Source: Podarcis melisellensis (lineage: Eukaryota). From it: 64,000 nt of DNA. Each line of letters opens with the position of its first letter. Position 1 is the first letter of the stretch. Of this stretch, positions 13,701 to 26,100 are shown one piece after another. The stretch is from the NCBI GenBank assembly GCA_964234715.1, contig OZ174287.1, one strand, 5' to 3'. The notes beneath the pieces were generated by a model. The model saw nothing but the letters and a program-made list of their open reading frames with translations, was not told the origin of the DNA and searched no databases. The translations under genes and the position numbers were made by a program.

Positions 13701-15755
13701 AGTGCCTTCTCTATTCTCAGATTGCATGCCAAAGCCATGGCCGTGGGACCCATCTGGCTTCTATACACACAGAGCGAGAGTCAGCCTTGGTGGCCAAGTA
13801 CATCTACTCAAAGCAGAAGAGAAAATATGATGTCTGGATTGGTCTCTATGATCCCGATGAAGTGAGTTCCCTTCAATTACTCTATTCCAGGTCATCATCA
13901 CAGCACAGTGGCTCCTTAGCAATGCCATCCTATCATCTCCCAGGCTGCATCCCAAAATTATTTCTCCAATATTTTACATAGGGGCCAGGCATGCTGGGTT
14001 CCACCCCATTAGGGGTGCCCACACATTTAACACGTTGCCGATCCCTGCCAACCCCCCACAGTGAACATTTTGTGGGTGCCTTGGCACCCATGGCCCTGCA
14101 CAGATGGTGCTTATGGTAGGGCCTTCTTCTCTAACGTCTCCATCATAGCTTGAAAGAGCTTCCTGCTGAGCAACCTCCTCCGAACATAGAATCATAGAAT
14201 CATAGAGTTGGAAGAGACCACAAGGGCCATCGAGTCCAACCCCCTGCCAAGCAGGAAACACCATCAGAGCACTCCTGACATCCTTGCACTGAGCTACAAA
14301 CCTCCTTGGTCAAATGAGCTGTTCCTTCTCTTTCCTGCAGAACCGAGATTGGAAGTGGCTTGATGATTCAGTCTTTAATTACAACAACTGGAACAGAGGG
14401 GAGCCAAACAACTATAAAGGCGGCAAGGAGTATTGTGTGGAGCAGCTGCGTAGGACAGGTAGGGAAACTATTTGCATGCCTGAGAAAAAAGGTGTTTTCA
14501 CCTTGAATGCTACATTACCCTCCAATTCCCTCTAAATTTCCAACTTTTCTCAGGGTTGCATCTCACTAAATTGCACTGAAAATACAGTACATCTGTCAAC
14601 CATCACTAATTAAAGTCTATTGATTTTAAGGGATCCAATTATGAGTCATATTTAACCTTCAACCAGGTGTTCGCTTGTAGAAATGTTTAGAAATCAATTA
14701 CTCTGGCTAGCAGTGGTCCATTCATTCAGCATTTAGTGTCACTGTCCAACACACCAGGAGGCTTCAGCTGTAGCTCATCTGCATAGTTTAGTTGCATGTG
14801 TTTTATTGCATGCATACTCATTTGCATATTATATTCTGGAAATAGTGGTTTTTCAAGTGGGCCATGTCATATTATTTTCTACAGCATTTCTCTAAGAAGT
14901 GGTTAAAGTCAGATAAAGAAACAAAAGAAGGCGTCACTTTAAAAAAGACCCGATTTCAGCTGCAAATTTTGAATCAGGAGCACACTTATGAGGTTGAAGT
15001 CAGGCAACTGTCGGATGGGCAACCCACATGGGGTTGGTCAGTTCTGGACAAGTCCATCCTGCACAATGTAGGGTTGCCATATGTCCAGATTTTTCCAGAC
15101 ATGCTTGGGAATCAGGGCCTGAAAATGGCGTCTGGGCAGGGGCAGCAAAGCAGCAAAAAGTCTGGGGAAATCTGGACATATGGCAACCAGGACTATTTTC
15201 AAAGGAAAATGCTTCAAGCATGCTTTAAAAGCTGAAAATTTGGGGTGGGGGTGGGTGGAAGAGAGATGTTCACACACAAAAAAAAACCCTCAAAAAGAGA
15301 AAAAAGCTCAGGCGGGTCCTCACTTGTTCCTGGTGCACCTTGCAATGCATGCGCGTTTGCCCAGATGGATGGCATGTGCGCAGAGCGGTGGCGGCTGCCG
15401 AAAGGAGCCGAGCATCCCAGACTCCGTGCAAGTCAGGAGGAAGCCCAGTTGGTGAGTGTTCCAAAGCCGCTTACCTTGAATAGGGGCCTGAACAGGGTTC
15501 AGGGAGGGAGGCGGTGCAAGGCCCAAGCAAAACGAAAAGAAAAGAGCTCAACAAGTTTGTCCGGATTTTTAGTATCTGAAATATACCCAAGTCAAATCCG
15601 ATTCCTAACCCGTACTCCAAACCATATCCATTTGGTTATGTAATAATGGGCAAGAAATAGTAACTTTTGTCATGTCTTGAATTTTAGGTTTTCGAAAGTG
15701 GAATGATCAACCTTGTCACGATTTTAATACCTATATCTGCAAACAAGAGATTTAA
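10749..15755 (+). CDS. Secreted single-domain C-type lectin B (REG/lithostathine/snake-lectin-like), 159 aa, EPN + WND
   Basis: Coding exons 10749-10809, 11275-11366, 13721-13861, 14341-14458, 15688-15755. All GT-AG, 480 nt in total, in frame. Signal peptide MGVVTYLCLLGLLVSYSFPG; motifs CPRGW, WIGL, GEPNN, WND; 6 Cys in the mature domain. AATAAA at 15933. Confidence 0.93.
11838..12348. mobile_element. Tigger/TcMar-like MITE carrying a nested SINE
   Basis: Terminal inverted repeats caatggtacctcgggtta...taacccgaggtaccactg with TA flanks. A related partial copy lies at 18335-18527. Confidence 0.8.
11890..12154 (-). mobile_element. tRNA-derived SINE (Squam3-like) with (CTT)n tail
   Basis: Minus strand reads GAGAGCCAGTGTGGTGTAGTG...GGTTCGCGTCTCC (A/B boxes). 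Near-identical copy at 19449-19691. Confidence 0.8.
13190..13565 (+). mobile_element. L2-group LINE 3' fragment
   Basis: ORF 13215-13502 (LTFKALNGLGPVYL...LWNALP) matches the 3' end of the element at 7030-8281. Confidence 0.85.
14187..14280 (-). mobile_element. CR1-type LINE 3' end fragment
   Basis: (ATAGAATC)n tail followed by gagttggaagagaccacaagggccatcgagtccaaccccc. Confidence 0.65.
15069..15190. mobile_element. Palindromic MITE
   Basis: Inverted ends ggttgccatatgtccagattt / aaatctggacatatggcaacc. Confidence 0.65.
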
Positions 15756-16479
15756 AGGAGACTGGAGTTCCCAACTCTGCCTGCTTAGTGGATCTCTGAA
15801 TTCCTTCCTTCCTCTCCCATCCCTCAAAAACAGCTCTTCTTCATTTTCAAAATAACCTCCTCTATAGAGCTACCTCTTTGGTCTTCCCATTCACTTCGAA
15901 GTTTCCTTGTTACTTCTGCAAAATATAATCCTAATAAACTCGCTTATGTGTATTCTCTTTTCACTGAATCCATCCTTATTGCTCCAGTTCCAATAAAACA
16001 TATCTGAAGACTGGGGAAGGGGCAATTCCTGCACTGGAGTTCCCAGAGAAAAGAAGCACATTGTACCTCTGGGGCTCCAGTCCAGCAGTATCACTGATAC
16101 CTGACAAGGCACTCAGGGCAACACGTGGGTGAAACTTTTTATCCCAAACCTAAATTCTTTTCTCAGAGGTGCTCAGCAGAGCTGATACTAAAGCTGGGAT
16201 TTTGAGAGCTGGGGACAGGGGGAAATGTAAGGGGAAATGTAAGGGGACCAGTGCCAAATCCTGGGATGCTAAACCAGACACTCCTGCCCCAATTGCTCAC
16301 CTGTAGGCCCTTCTCTGTGCCAGTCATGAGTGATTTTGTCTGGCTGGAATGTGAACTTGAGCACTGACCTTGATTGTCTGGATGGTGGATAGAGAGATAG
16401 GAGTAAAGCAGCCTCTGACCTTTGCCTGGCTTGAAGGCAGTCTACTGTGCAAAGGCAAGAGTCCCCATCATCAACATCA

Positions 16480-17010
16480 TTATCAATTATTATTTAAACC
16501 CTGTCCATCTGGCTGGGTTTCCCCAGCCACCCTGGGAGGCTCCCAACAGTATATTAAAAACATGATAAAACATCAAACATTAAAAACTTCCCTAAACTGG
16601 GCTGCCTTCAGGTGTCTTCTAAAACTCAGAGAGTTGTTTATTTTCTTGACATCTGATGGGAGGGCGTTCCACAGAGAAGGCCCTCTGCCTGGTTCCCTGA
16701 AGCTTTGCTTCTCACAGTGAGGGAACCACCAGAAGGCTCTCAGTGCTGGACCTCAATGTCCGGGTTGGACAATGGGGGTGGAGACGCTTCTTCAGGTATA
16801 CTAGGCCGAGGCTGTTTGGGCTTTAAAGGTCAGCACCAACACTTTGAATTGTGCTCGGAAATGCACTGGAAGCCAATGTAGGTCTTTCAGGACTGGTGTT
16901 ATATAGTCTCGGCAGCCACTCCCAGTCACTAGTCTAGCTGCCACATTCTGGATTAGGTGTAGTTTCCAGGTCACCTTCAAAGGCCCATGTAGCCCCATGT
17001 AGACTGCACT
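16480..17010 (-). mobile_element. L2-group LINE 3' fragment
   Basis: ORF 16801-16998 (QNVAARLVTG...LHWLPVHFRAQFKVL). Confidence 0.85.
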
Positions 17011-17118
17011 GCAGTGGAACTATTCCATCCTCTTCCCCTTCTGGCCTGAGCAACCAATGGCATGTTCTACCCAGGAGGTCATGTTCAGGACAATTGGTTA
17101 ATGGTACATTGCAGTGGG

Positions 17119-17252
17119 TAGTGCTTTTTTCCTTAAAAATGTTTAGGAGTACTCTCATTTCCCTACTCATATTGAAATACTGCCCCTCAATGAGGCCAAA
17201 CGTAGATTTACAAAATGTTTAGGGGTATGCGTACCCCCAGGAAAAAGCACTG
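17119..17252. mobile_element. Short MITE with AGTGCTTTTT / AAAAAGCACT ends
   Basis: Terminal inverted repeats are visible. Half of it, plus unique flank, recurs inverted at about 52789-52886. Confidence 0.55.
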
Positions 17253-19448
17253 GCAACAGGAGATATATAACATTCTTTGTATTGTATACTGTGAAGCATG
17301 GTTGGAAATTTTCATGAGGTTAGAGAAAAACCTACCTGGTTAATCATTAATGGAGCTGGGCCTGGACTGTATCTCTGTGGGCTTAGTCACAAGATGATCA
17401 GCTCGCAGTCACATGAAAGGGATTGCATTTCAGGTCTATGCATATGTTAATTGCAGGCATCCATGTCAGGTGTGGTGCCTTCTTTTAAGTTCTGTGAGCA
17501 AAGCTTTTGAACCACATTTTTGGACTGGATAATTTTTATTTCAATGCAAGAGTCTGTTTTGTTCTTCCAGTGGCTTCCATGTGTGTCAAATCAATAATCT
17601 CAGCAGGTCATCTGTGAGGAAATGTTGTCCTCAGTTCTGGTTTCTCTTGATTTCCCATTTCTCCAAACTTGAGTTCCTCACATTTCCACAACTATTGGTG
17701 AAAGGTTTGGGGTTTTATTTTGGCTGGGGCGGGGAAATTCATCAGCACTTTCACAAACATTTCTTCTAACGTGCACATGTTGGTATTTGGTGTTTCCCAA
17801 CCTACAAAGTATTGATCTGAAATATAATATAGTTTTACGCATTATTTTCACCAACACATGATTTTTAATGTGCTGTCTTCAGTAATATATGTATTATGCT
17901 GCTTGGCCGCCAGCCTGTATTTCAAAACCTGGAGAAGTGCCAAGGTCTAAAGGATGGCTGTTTTACAGCAGTTGTATTATTTTGGAAAGTGCAAATTAGG
18001 GAGATATGCTTCAAACATAGTGTGAATTGAATGTCTTCTCCATCCCTTCTGCAGTCAATCCTGCAGTGGTACATGTGGATATCAATGAAGGTGCAACCAA
18101 TGTGGGCTTACTCAGCTCTGCCCTGCTACTTCTCCTCATGCAGTTCAGCACAGGATCTTGTGTGTCTTGTTCAGGATGTGAGTAAGGTTAAACAGGTGTG
18201 CCAGTTTTAGTTTCTGTCTGTTTCTCATCCCCCCCATCTTTAATTCAGCTCTCCACATCTGCACATCATTGGATTTTTTTAAAAAAATATTTATGTAGAT
18301 TCATCAGCATTTTAGTGTGAATTTATCCCAATATACAGTGGCCCGTACTTAACCTGAAACTGTTCTTAACCTGAAGCACCACTTTAGCTAATGGGGCCTC
18401 CTGCTGCCACCGTGCCGCCGGAGCATGATTTCTGTTCTCATCCTGAAGCAAAGTTCTTAACCTGAAGCACTATTTCTGGGATAGCGGAGTTTGTAACCTG
18501 AAGCGTATGTAACCTGAGGTACCACTGTAAGCATGTTTTTAAAAAGCACTTTCCCCCAATACAATGCATTTTTACACTAATCTATGAATTTGTATGAATA
18601 ATAGTTTTGGGATTTTTTTATATACGTTACCTGAGGACAGCATTGCAAAATTCAGAGAAGTGTGAGTTTCAAAGGTTGGCTGTGTTTCAGCTCATGAATT
18701 GTTTTCAGAAAGTGTGAGTAGGCCTGGTTTTCATTGTGAACTGAATTGAACTTCTCTCCCATCCTCAGTCTTGGTTAAGCAATAGGCAAACCCCGGGGGG
18801 GGGGGAATGCTGGGTGGTGGCTGGAGTGATGGAGTGACATCAGGCAGAGGCATAAGACTATAGGCTTATAGAGGTGTAAGAAAAATCTAACCCAGGGAAG
18901 CTGCTCAGGGAGATCTTTGGCACTGATGTGTGTCTCTGTCTCTCTCTGTGCTGTGACATTTAGGCGTAATAAAACCTGTGACCTGACTATCCTAGTGATT
19001 GTGACCATTTATGCAAAAGAGAAGAGAGCTAGGAAAATGGACATGGGGCCATTAGATGCACCAAGCCCATGCACGCAAAGTAAAACAACATGGAGGATGT
19101 CCAGCTAGTGCTCAGTATTGTCCCTTATTCATGTCTGTTATGTTCAGTTAAAACAAGTCTGTGAAAGGACTGGGTAACTTGCTATTGTTGAATTGCCATC
19201 TTTTGATATTGCTTAATGCTTCCAATCCTTGAATTTGCATTTGTATGTTAGCAAATACTCATTGTCGGTTCCTCATTTGGAAACACTGACTTTGGGGTGG
19301 GGAATGTGTGCCTGAGAATATTGAACAGCTTTTTCTTAACTAGAAGCTCTAGGCAGCATTTTCCTGGGGCAGGAATCTGGTTTAAAATTTAGTGTAGCAT
19401 TCCAGAACATGGTGCTGGTCAGGTTAAATGGGATTCCCTTGCAATTTC

Positions 19449-19691
19449 CCAGTGTGGTGTAGTGGTTAGGAGTGGTAGTCTCGTAATCTGGTGAACTGGG
19501 TTCGCGTCTCCGCTCCTCCACATGCAGCTGCTGGGCGACCTTGGGCTAGTCACACTTCTCTGAAGTCTCTCAGCCCCACTCACCTCACAGAGTGTTTGTT
19601 GTGGGGGAGGAAGGGAAAGGAGAATGTTAGCCGCTTTGAGACTCCTTAGGGTATTGATAAAGTGGGATGTCAAATCCAAACTCTTCTTCTT
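19449..19691 (+). mobile_element. tRNA-derived SINE (Squam3-like)
   Basis: ccagtgtggtgtagtggttaggag...caaatccaaactcttcttc; paralog of 11890-12154. Confidence 0.8.
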
Positions 19692-20134
19692 TCCCTGTCC
19701 TCATTTTGTGGCTTCTAAAATTCTGGATTTCATATCAACTGCGCTGAGCAGCTCTAAGGAAAGGTGTTTGTTTTGGGGATAAAATTTGTGGTGACATCTG
19801 GATTTGAGTGCCTTGTGTGTTGTGAACAGCAGTTCTAGACACAGTGAGAGTTAGACACAGCACCCCCCTGTTCCTGGGACCCTCATGTAAGGAGTGCCTC
19901 CTCATCATGAGATCTGTGCTCTGAAAATTGGTGCTGTAAGGACTGATGGGATGAGAAGGACAGAATCATGACAAGAAATATATGCATAAGAGATTATTAG
20001 GATTACATTGTATTGAAACCTATCTTGGAAATAATGGATGAGAGTTGATGACTGAGGGATTGGAGAGGAGGTAATGATTCCAGAGAGCTGTCCATCAATC
20101 ACAGAAGGCACAGTTGGGAATGACAGTTGCTGGC

Positions 20135-23100
20135 TTAGAGTTTTTTCTTGCAGATGTAGCTGTTGAGTTGGTTGCAGTTTCTATCATTCCATTTCACAAA
20201 ACTGTAAACAGTTTCTTTAAAAGAGAACAAATGACAGAATTAGGTCCAGAAGTTAGGAGGCACATGAAGAATAAACAGTCTGGATTATTTTTGCTTTCTG
20301 ATCTTACATTTTCTACATCCCTTAGTCCACACTTTCCCTATGGTGAGGAGAATGCACAACTCAGACTTTAGCCTGGCAACCAGTTTTCAGAATACAACAT
20401 GAATGTGATGGTGGTGGTGGTTGCTACAAATTGCATACCACCCTTCATCCAAATATCCCAGGGCAGTTGTCATGTACAATTTACTATGCAGATAGGCTGT
20501 AACTGAACCCTTCTACATTGTGGTATGTTGGAAAGTGACCCTAAATGCTGAACACATAAGTCACTGCTGTTCCACTCTACAGAGTAATTATCTTTGCTAT
20601 AAAGAAACAAATACCTGACCAACAGTTGTATCCAACTAACTCATACTCAGAGTAGACTCCTTAAAATCAATGGACTTTCATAAAATACTAACCTGGGTCT
20701 GTTGATTTTGATGGAACTATTTTGAGTATGACTTACAATCATGAGAGAAGTAGGACATTGATGGAGAAGTGTGTGGCAATGTGGAACTCAACATCCAATT
20801 GTTATTTTGTCAGACCTTGCAAATGGTTTCCTTACCTGGAAAATATAGGAGCTCCACACAATGCTCATAAGGGGCCCAGTTGTCTGGTGTGGTTGGGTAC
20901 CAGGATTTGTAACCTTTGTCGAACTTGTAGACTGATCCGTCAGGCCACCTCCAACGCCCATTCTGCAAGATTGAGACATTATAGATCATGTAAGTAAGGA
21001 AATGAGGAGCCTGGTGTCAATATTATCTGGATATGTTGGTCAGTGGGAAGGTAGTGCCACCTATGAATGAGACAGAGGAAGATCTGCATGGAAAATAATA
21101 TTGATGTAGCATGTGGGGTTCATTCTTGGATATTATTATATACGGAAGGAGTGGTGATGCTAAGAAGCCACTACTCTATGACAATGACTTGGAATAGAGC
21201 AAGTGAAGGCAACTCACGTAATGAAGCCCAATCCATACGTTGCTTTGTTCTTGCTGGGACGTGGAGATGTGCTTGGCAATCAGGGCTGTCTCATCCACAT
21301 TAAGGATAGAGGCAAGGTGGGCCCTATGGCCATAGCTATGGCATGCAGTCTAAGAATGGAGAAAGAATGAAAGACGTTTTGTCACAACCGCCATCAGAAC
21401 ATGTTTCTTTATATACCACTTTTACAAAAAGTCATTCCCAAAGTGTCTCACAACACATCAGATAACAACAGTTCAAAAACCATATCTCACTAAAAGGAAT
21501 GATGCAGAGTTTGTGGAATATCAACATTTTTATTTATTTCTCTGAAATTTGACTTTCAAGAGGCAAGTCTTACTGGTAGACTGTAAGAAATTAGTGTCAC
21601 ATACCAAGTTGCTGGGCTTAAACTAATGGCACCTCCAGATCGACAGCATTTCACATGAGGAATTCAAGCACATAACAGGAAGTGTAGGTTTGCACAATTA
21701 AGCCACTTAAATAAATGAATAAATAAATGAACAAATGTAGGAGCATGTTCCTGCCCCCTCAACTAGGATGAATGCAGGATGAATGGTCAATTAATAGGTC
21801 ATCTGGAGAAACCCTAAGCCGGTCTTCCAACAAACCCATTTTTTTTTAATGTAGAAATTTTAGGTGGAAGCATTTTTATGCAGAATGTTGAAAAAGCTGC
21901 AAAAGGTTACAGAAAGGGAGTATTACATTTAAATAGAGGCAAGGAAATTTGAACTTGGGAGATTTGCTTTGCAATGCCTTATTTATTTTCACTTGAGCTC
22001 GGGAACCCAAATGATCAGCACTGCATCCGACCTGCTGCATTCCTTTCACAGCACTGCAGACCACACAGCATGCACTGTTATGTCACTCTTGCACCGAAAA
22101 GTTGCAGGGGTGCAGTACATACGTAATGTTTGGTAAATTCCCTTTGGAATTAGGTCACTGGGTGCTTTTTGGAGTTTTAAAAATACTATTCTGCAAATAT
22201 ATAGGCTGAGCATAGGCAGAGGATCAAACACTCCCATAGACTGCCAATATTTACAGTTCATACATGAGTTCTCTAGGGAGACAGCCAGAGCCATGAAATG
22301 TTTTGCGAACCCAGTCTCAGATCTGTTTCAGAACTGCAGTCTATTCTACTTTTCCACACAAAGATTTCTTCCCTCTTCTCCTGGTGGGAGGGGAGAATTT
22401 GACAAAACTGTCACATTCACAGCTCCCACGGAGATGCTTCACTGGAACATAAAGTGACCAACTCTCTTTTGTGAAGTCTGAGATGCTGGATAGGTATTGT
22501 TCCAGGGCAAGGATAGCCCTGCTCACAGAATCTGATAGGAACCCAAAAGATGTAAATTATAAACATTAGGGAGAACTTTCTGTCAGCAAGATCTGTTTGA
22601 CAGTGGAAAGTTGTGGCCTCTCTTTCCTTGGAGGTTTTTAAGCCAAGGTAGGATGGCCATCTGTCATGGATGCTGTGGCAATCACACAGGGTCCCCGGAC
22701 GTTTGACGGTCTATTGACCCTGTGCCATCACTGAGATTGCCTCTTCGCTGCCACCACCCTGTTTCTCTTCGGGGACACACGGAGTCCAGACAATTGTTAA
22801 CATTCACAAATAATCAAGTTTATTTGCATAAGCATGAACAAATAACAACTTCAAACTGATCATTCCAATTATCTATCTGACTCCACCTAATAATTCCTCT
22901 CACTCTCTCACCACACAAGTTGACCAACCACAGGCTATTCCTCCCTCTTACTTCTCCAACTCCCAACACTCAACTCTCAACTAACTTCCACACACCTCTG
23001 ACTCTAACTTTTACTCCTCCCCTTGCATTCTCTCTGGCCAATCACATCACACTCATTTAACCCTTTCCTTATGACCCACGTAGGAGGCAAATGCCACAGA

Positions 23101-24392
23101 TGCTTTAGTTGAGATTTCTACATTGCAAGGGTTTGGACTAAATGACCCTTGAAATACCTTCCAATTCTATGATTCCATGATTCTATTACATTTTGTTTGA
23201 GGAGAAATATTTCTTACCTCAGCATCTCTCCATGACAACTTGGTATCAAAATATCCATAGCAATTGCCCTGGTTTTGCAGCCAGCCATCAGGACAGGACA
23301 GGGCTTTGGCTACGAGGAGAAAGGAACAAAGTAATAAGATGGTTGTTCTTTATGTGAAATCTTAGGAACAAAGTAATAAGATGGTTGTTCTTTATGTGAA
23401 ATCTTATTTTAGCTACGCTGCTAAAAGGGGTGACTGCTTTGAGCAATGACAGATAATTTTGAAACCAATGAATATAGACCTAACCTAAACCATTGCTCTA
23501 ATAGCCTTAGCTGGGTAACGATCACTTGAAAATATAACAAGCACTATTGATATAATGCCACTTAACCCAGATAAAGATTTCTACAGCTCCTCTCATGCTT
23601 TTTTGGTCTCATGGCCTGCCTCAAATATGAGCTATGTAGACTGAAAGGGACAAGGCAATGTAAAACTGCAGAAAGAGAGACATGCAGGCAGAGGATAAAA
23701 GTGTGTCTGGCAGAGTGTGAAAGAAGGAATGTCCCCATGGAGGGAATAGAGAACTGGCTGGAGACACCGAGGAGAAACGACAGCTGAGGATAAGAAGAGC
23801 AGCACAGGTTAAAAGCGTGAAACAGAAAGATAAGGAGGCGGAGGAGGTTATATGCAGAGGGAAGGGGAAAAGTGAAGAAAGGAGAGAAATAGATTGAGAA
23901 AATAAGAGAAGCTTTTTTACTAGGAATTCCAGGTGCAGAAATACCAAAGGAGCAGAAAAGACTATCCATGTATGTGACGACAGCTGCACAAATACTATTG
24001 CCCCAGAGATGGAAGGAAGATAAAGTTCCGACCAGAGGAGAATGGTTGATAAAGATGATGGACTACGCTGAAATGGCGAAAATGACTGGGAAGATCAGGA
24101 ATCAAGAAGATAATACATTTAATAAAGAATGGGGGGGGGATTTATAAGTTACCTTGAAGAATACTGCAAACAATTAAAAACATTGGCAGAATTATAACAC
24201 CACTTGTAACGTAACAAGTGCTATGGTATGAATTGAATTTTAAGAATAAATAGAGAACATTATATGATGCAGGTGGGTAAAAATTAACAATGGAAGCCAT
24301 GGAGGAGTAGAGGGAAGTCTAAGGATTCAGGGAATCCTATATTTTTATGATTTTGATTTATATTTGAGTGAAAATGTTAAATTTAAAACTGA

Positions 24393-24436
<44 letters not shown>

Positions 24437-25010
24437 AACAAGAGAAGCAGAAAGATGGTAAGGGCAAGAATAAGCAGTAGAAAAGGAGGATTCTTATTCC
24501 AGCAGAGCCCAGATGTGATGGATGACCAAGATGGCTCTTCAGTCACTGACTGGAGAACCAAAATATTCAAAGAGTGCAATAGGATTGTCATTTGGTGAAC
24601 AGTGCTCTTTCCTTGAGGATATGTTTGAAAGACAATATTATCTTGGAAGCTTTCTCAGAGTAACATTATCTCAAACTTGACATTGCTAAGCAAGCTTGAA
24701 TTCCTGAATTGTGATAGTAACTAGGATTATAAGCCCAAGAAGGGTTGATATAAAGACTAAGATAGTAAGGGAATATTAATCATAATTCTCTTGTGTCTGC
24801 ATTCTTGATTGCCTGCCTTAATATTATGACTTAGACTTAGAAAGGGGGAATAAATGAATTAATTATATTTATATGGACACCTGAAGGACTAGGGGTAAAT
24901 AGTTTGCATTGGGTAATTCTCAAAAATTGGTTAAAATGCTCACCTCCTGGAAAAGAACTAGAGACCAGGACTCCAAGAAGACAACAGGCGAAGGAGGTGA
25001 CAAATCCCAT
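20135..25010 (-). CDS. Secreted C-type lectin C, 165 aa, non-canonical TPD motif + WND
   Basis: Coding exons 25010-24944, 23309-23218, 21349-21218, 20962-20836, 20214-20135 (498 nt, in frame, GT-AG). Protein MGFVTSFACCLLGVLVSSSFPG-AKALSCPDGW...WIGLHY-NGRWRWPDGSVYKFDKGYKSWYPTTPDNWAPYEHCVELLYFP-ETVYSFVKWNDRNCNQLNSYICKKKL. Confidence 0.9.
22674..23098 (-). mobile_element. Solo LTR (425 bp) inserted into a CR1 fragment in a CTL-C intron
   Basis: Termini TGTGGCA...TGCCACA; 5-bp TSD GATGC at 22669-22673 and 23099-23103. CR1 3' sequence on both sides (about 22560-22670 and 23100-23185). Confidence 0.85.
23322..23405. repeat. Perfect 42-bp tandem duplication next to the CTL-C exon 3 acceptor
   Basis: aggaacaaagtaataagatggttgttctttatgtgaaatctt repeated twice. 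Confidence 0.9.
23905..24435 (+). mobile_element. L1/Tx1-like LINE 3' fragment ending in (TTA)n
   Basis: Similar to 30160-30650 and to the ORF2 C-terminus at 43950-44227. Confidence 0.8.
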
Positions 25011-25508
25011 CTTGTGGTAGACCTTTTGTGGAAGAGGAATGTACAGTGAATTCAACAAATACCTCCACTGATTGCCATTCATCCCAAGTGGTGATGGAAG
25101 GAAGGAGGACTTAAACATTGTCTACTCTTAAAATCACAATTCTACTTTATTTGAACTTCTAAGAACTATGAAGATTAGAGAAAGACGAAAGAAACAAAAG
25201 CTTGACGTTTATCAGTGTTGACGATTCATTGAGCTATAGAATGTTGAGATTAGAAGGGACCTTGGAGATCATATGCTCATTTGAGGAATCTCCAACAATA
25301 TGCATTTCTATTAACACCTTCCCCAAGTACATCATTTTTGTATGCGTTACACAGCTGAAGAAATTCCATGAGAAATTCAACTGTGTTGAAAAATTCAAAG
25401 AAATACAAATTTCAAAGGGTTTTAGCTCTCATATTGTTCCAGATGGTGCAAATTCAATAAGTATGTCTTTAAATCTGAACTGAATTTCTCCCCCAACCCC
25501 ACCTCCAA

Positions 25509-26100
25509 CTTACCCAGGTTCAGTCCTTTTGAGGTGATGGATAACTCTTTCCACAGGCAAGGCTGACTCCCAAGTTGGCTGCCTCAATTATTATATGAAG
25601 CTTTGTCAGGTCAGGCAGGGGAAAGGAGGAAGGAATTTCAACCTTTTAGATATACATAAAGTACAGATCACGAAGGAAAGGCTGTACTTCAAATACTCAT
25701 AAAAACACATGATTGGTTGCATGAATGTCCCTAGGTATTTATGTGAAAGGTGATGGAAAAGTAAATATTCTAAATACAATAATAAAAGACTTAACTAGAA
25801 TCAAAGAACAGGTCTACCATCTGGAGAGAAACCCAAATTCGGGAGGGACACTTCCTTCACCACTTTCTATTTTGAAACTGAAAGGGGAGTGCTGAGTCTG
25901 CTCAAAGAGCACACCCTCACTTCAGGTAGTGCAAAGTTGACCTGTAACAAGACTGGCCCGCATCCTTCATAACGGGAGAGACTGCCTTGGAATATTTCCC
26001 AGAATCCTCTGCCACATGCAAGACGTTCCCTAGCAGATGAGTCAACGTGGCAAGAATTCCATAAAACCCAAACTGTGGAAACCACTCATGTTATTCATGT
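25509..26100 (-). promoter_or_regulatory. CTL-C promoter and non-coding exon 1
   Basis: Donor GTAAGT (cttac at 25509-25513). TATA-like at 25590-25596. Upstream TTCCCAGAA (25996-26004) and TGAGTCA (26038-26044). Confidence 0.72.

Noticed and set aside
19449-19520. tRNA-like A/B-box sequence
   Set aside because: It is the head of a SINE with body and tail, present in two copies; not a tRNA gene.
23562-23989. Hydrophobic 122-135 aa minus-strand ORFs
   Set aside because: They derive from AG-rich low-complexity intron sequence and an L1 fragment.
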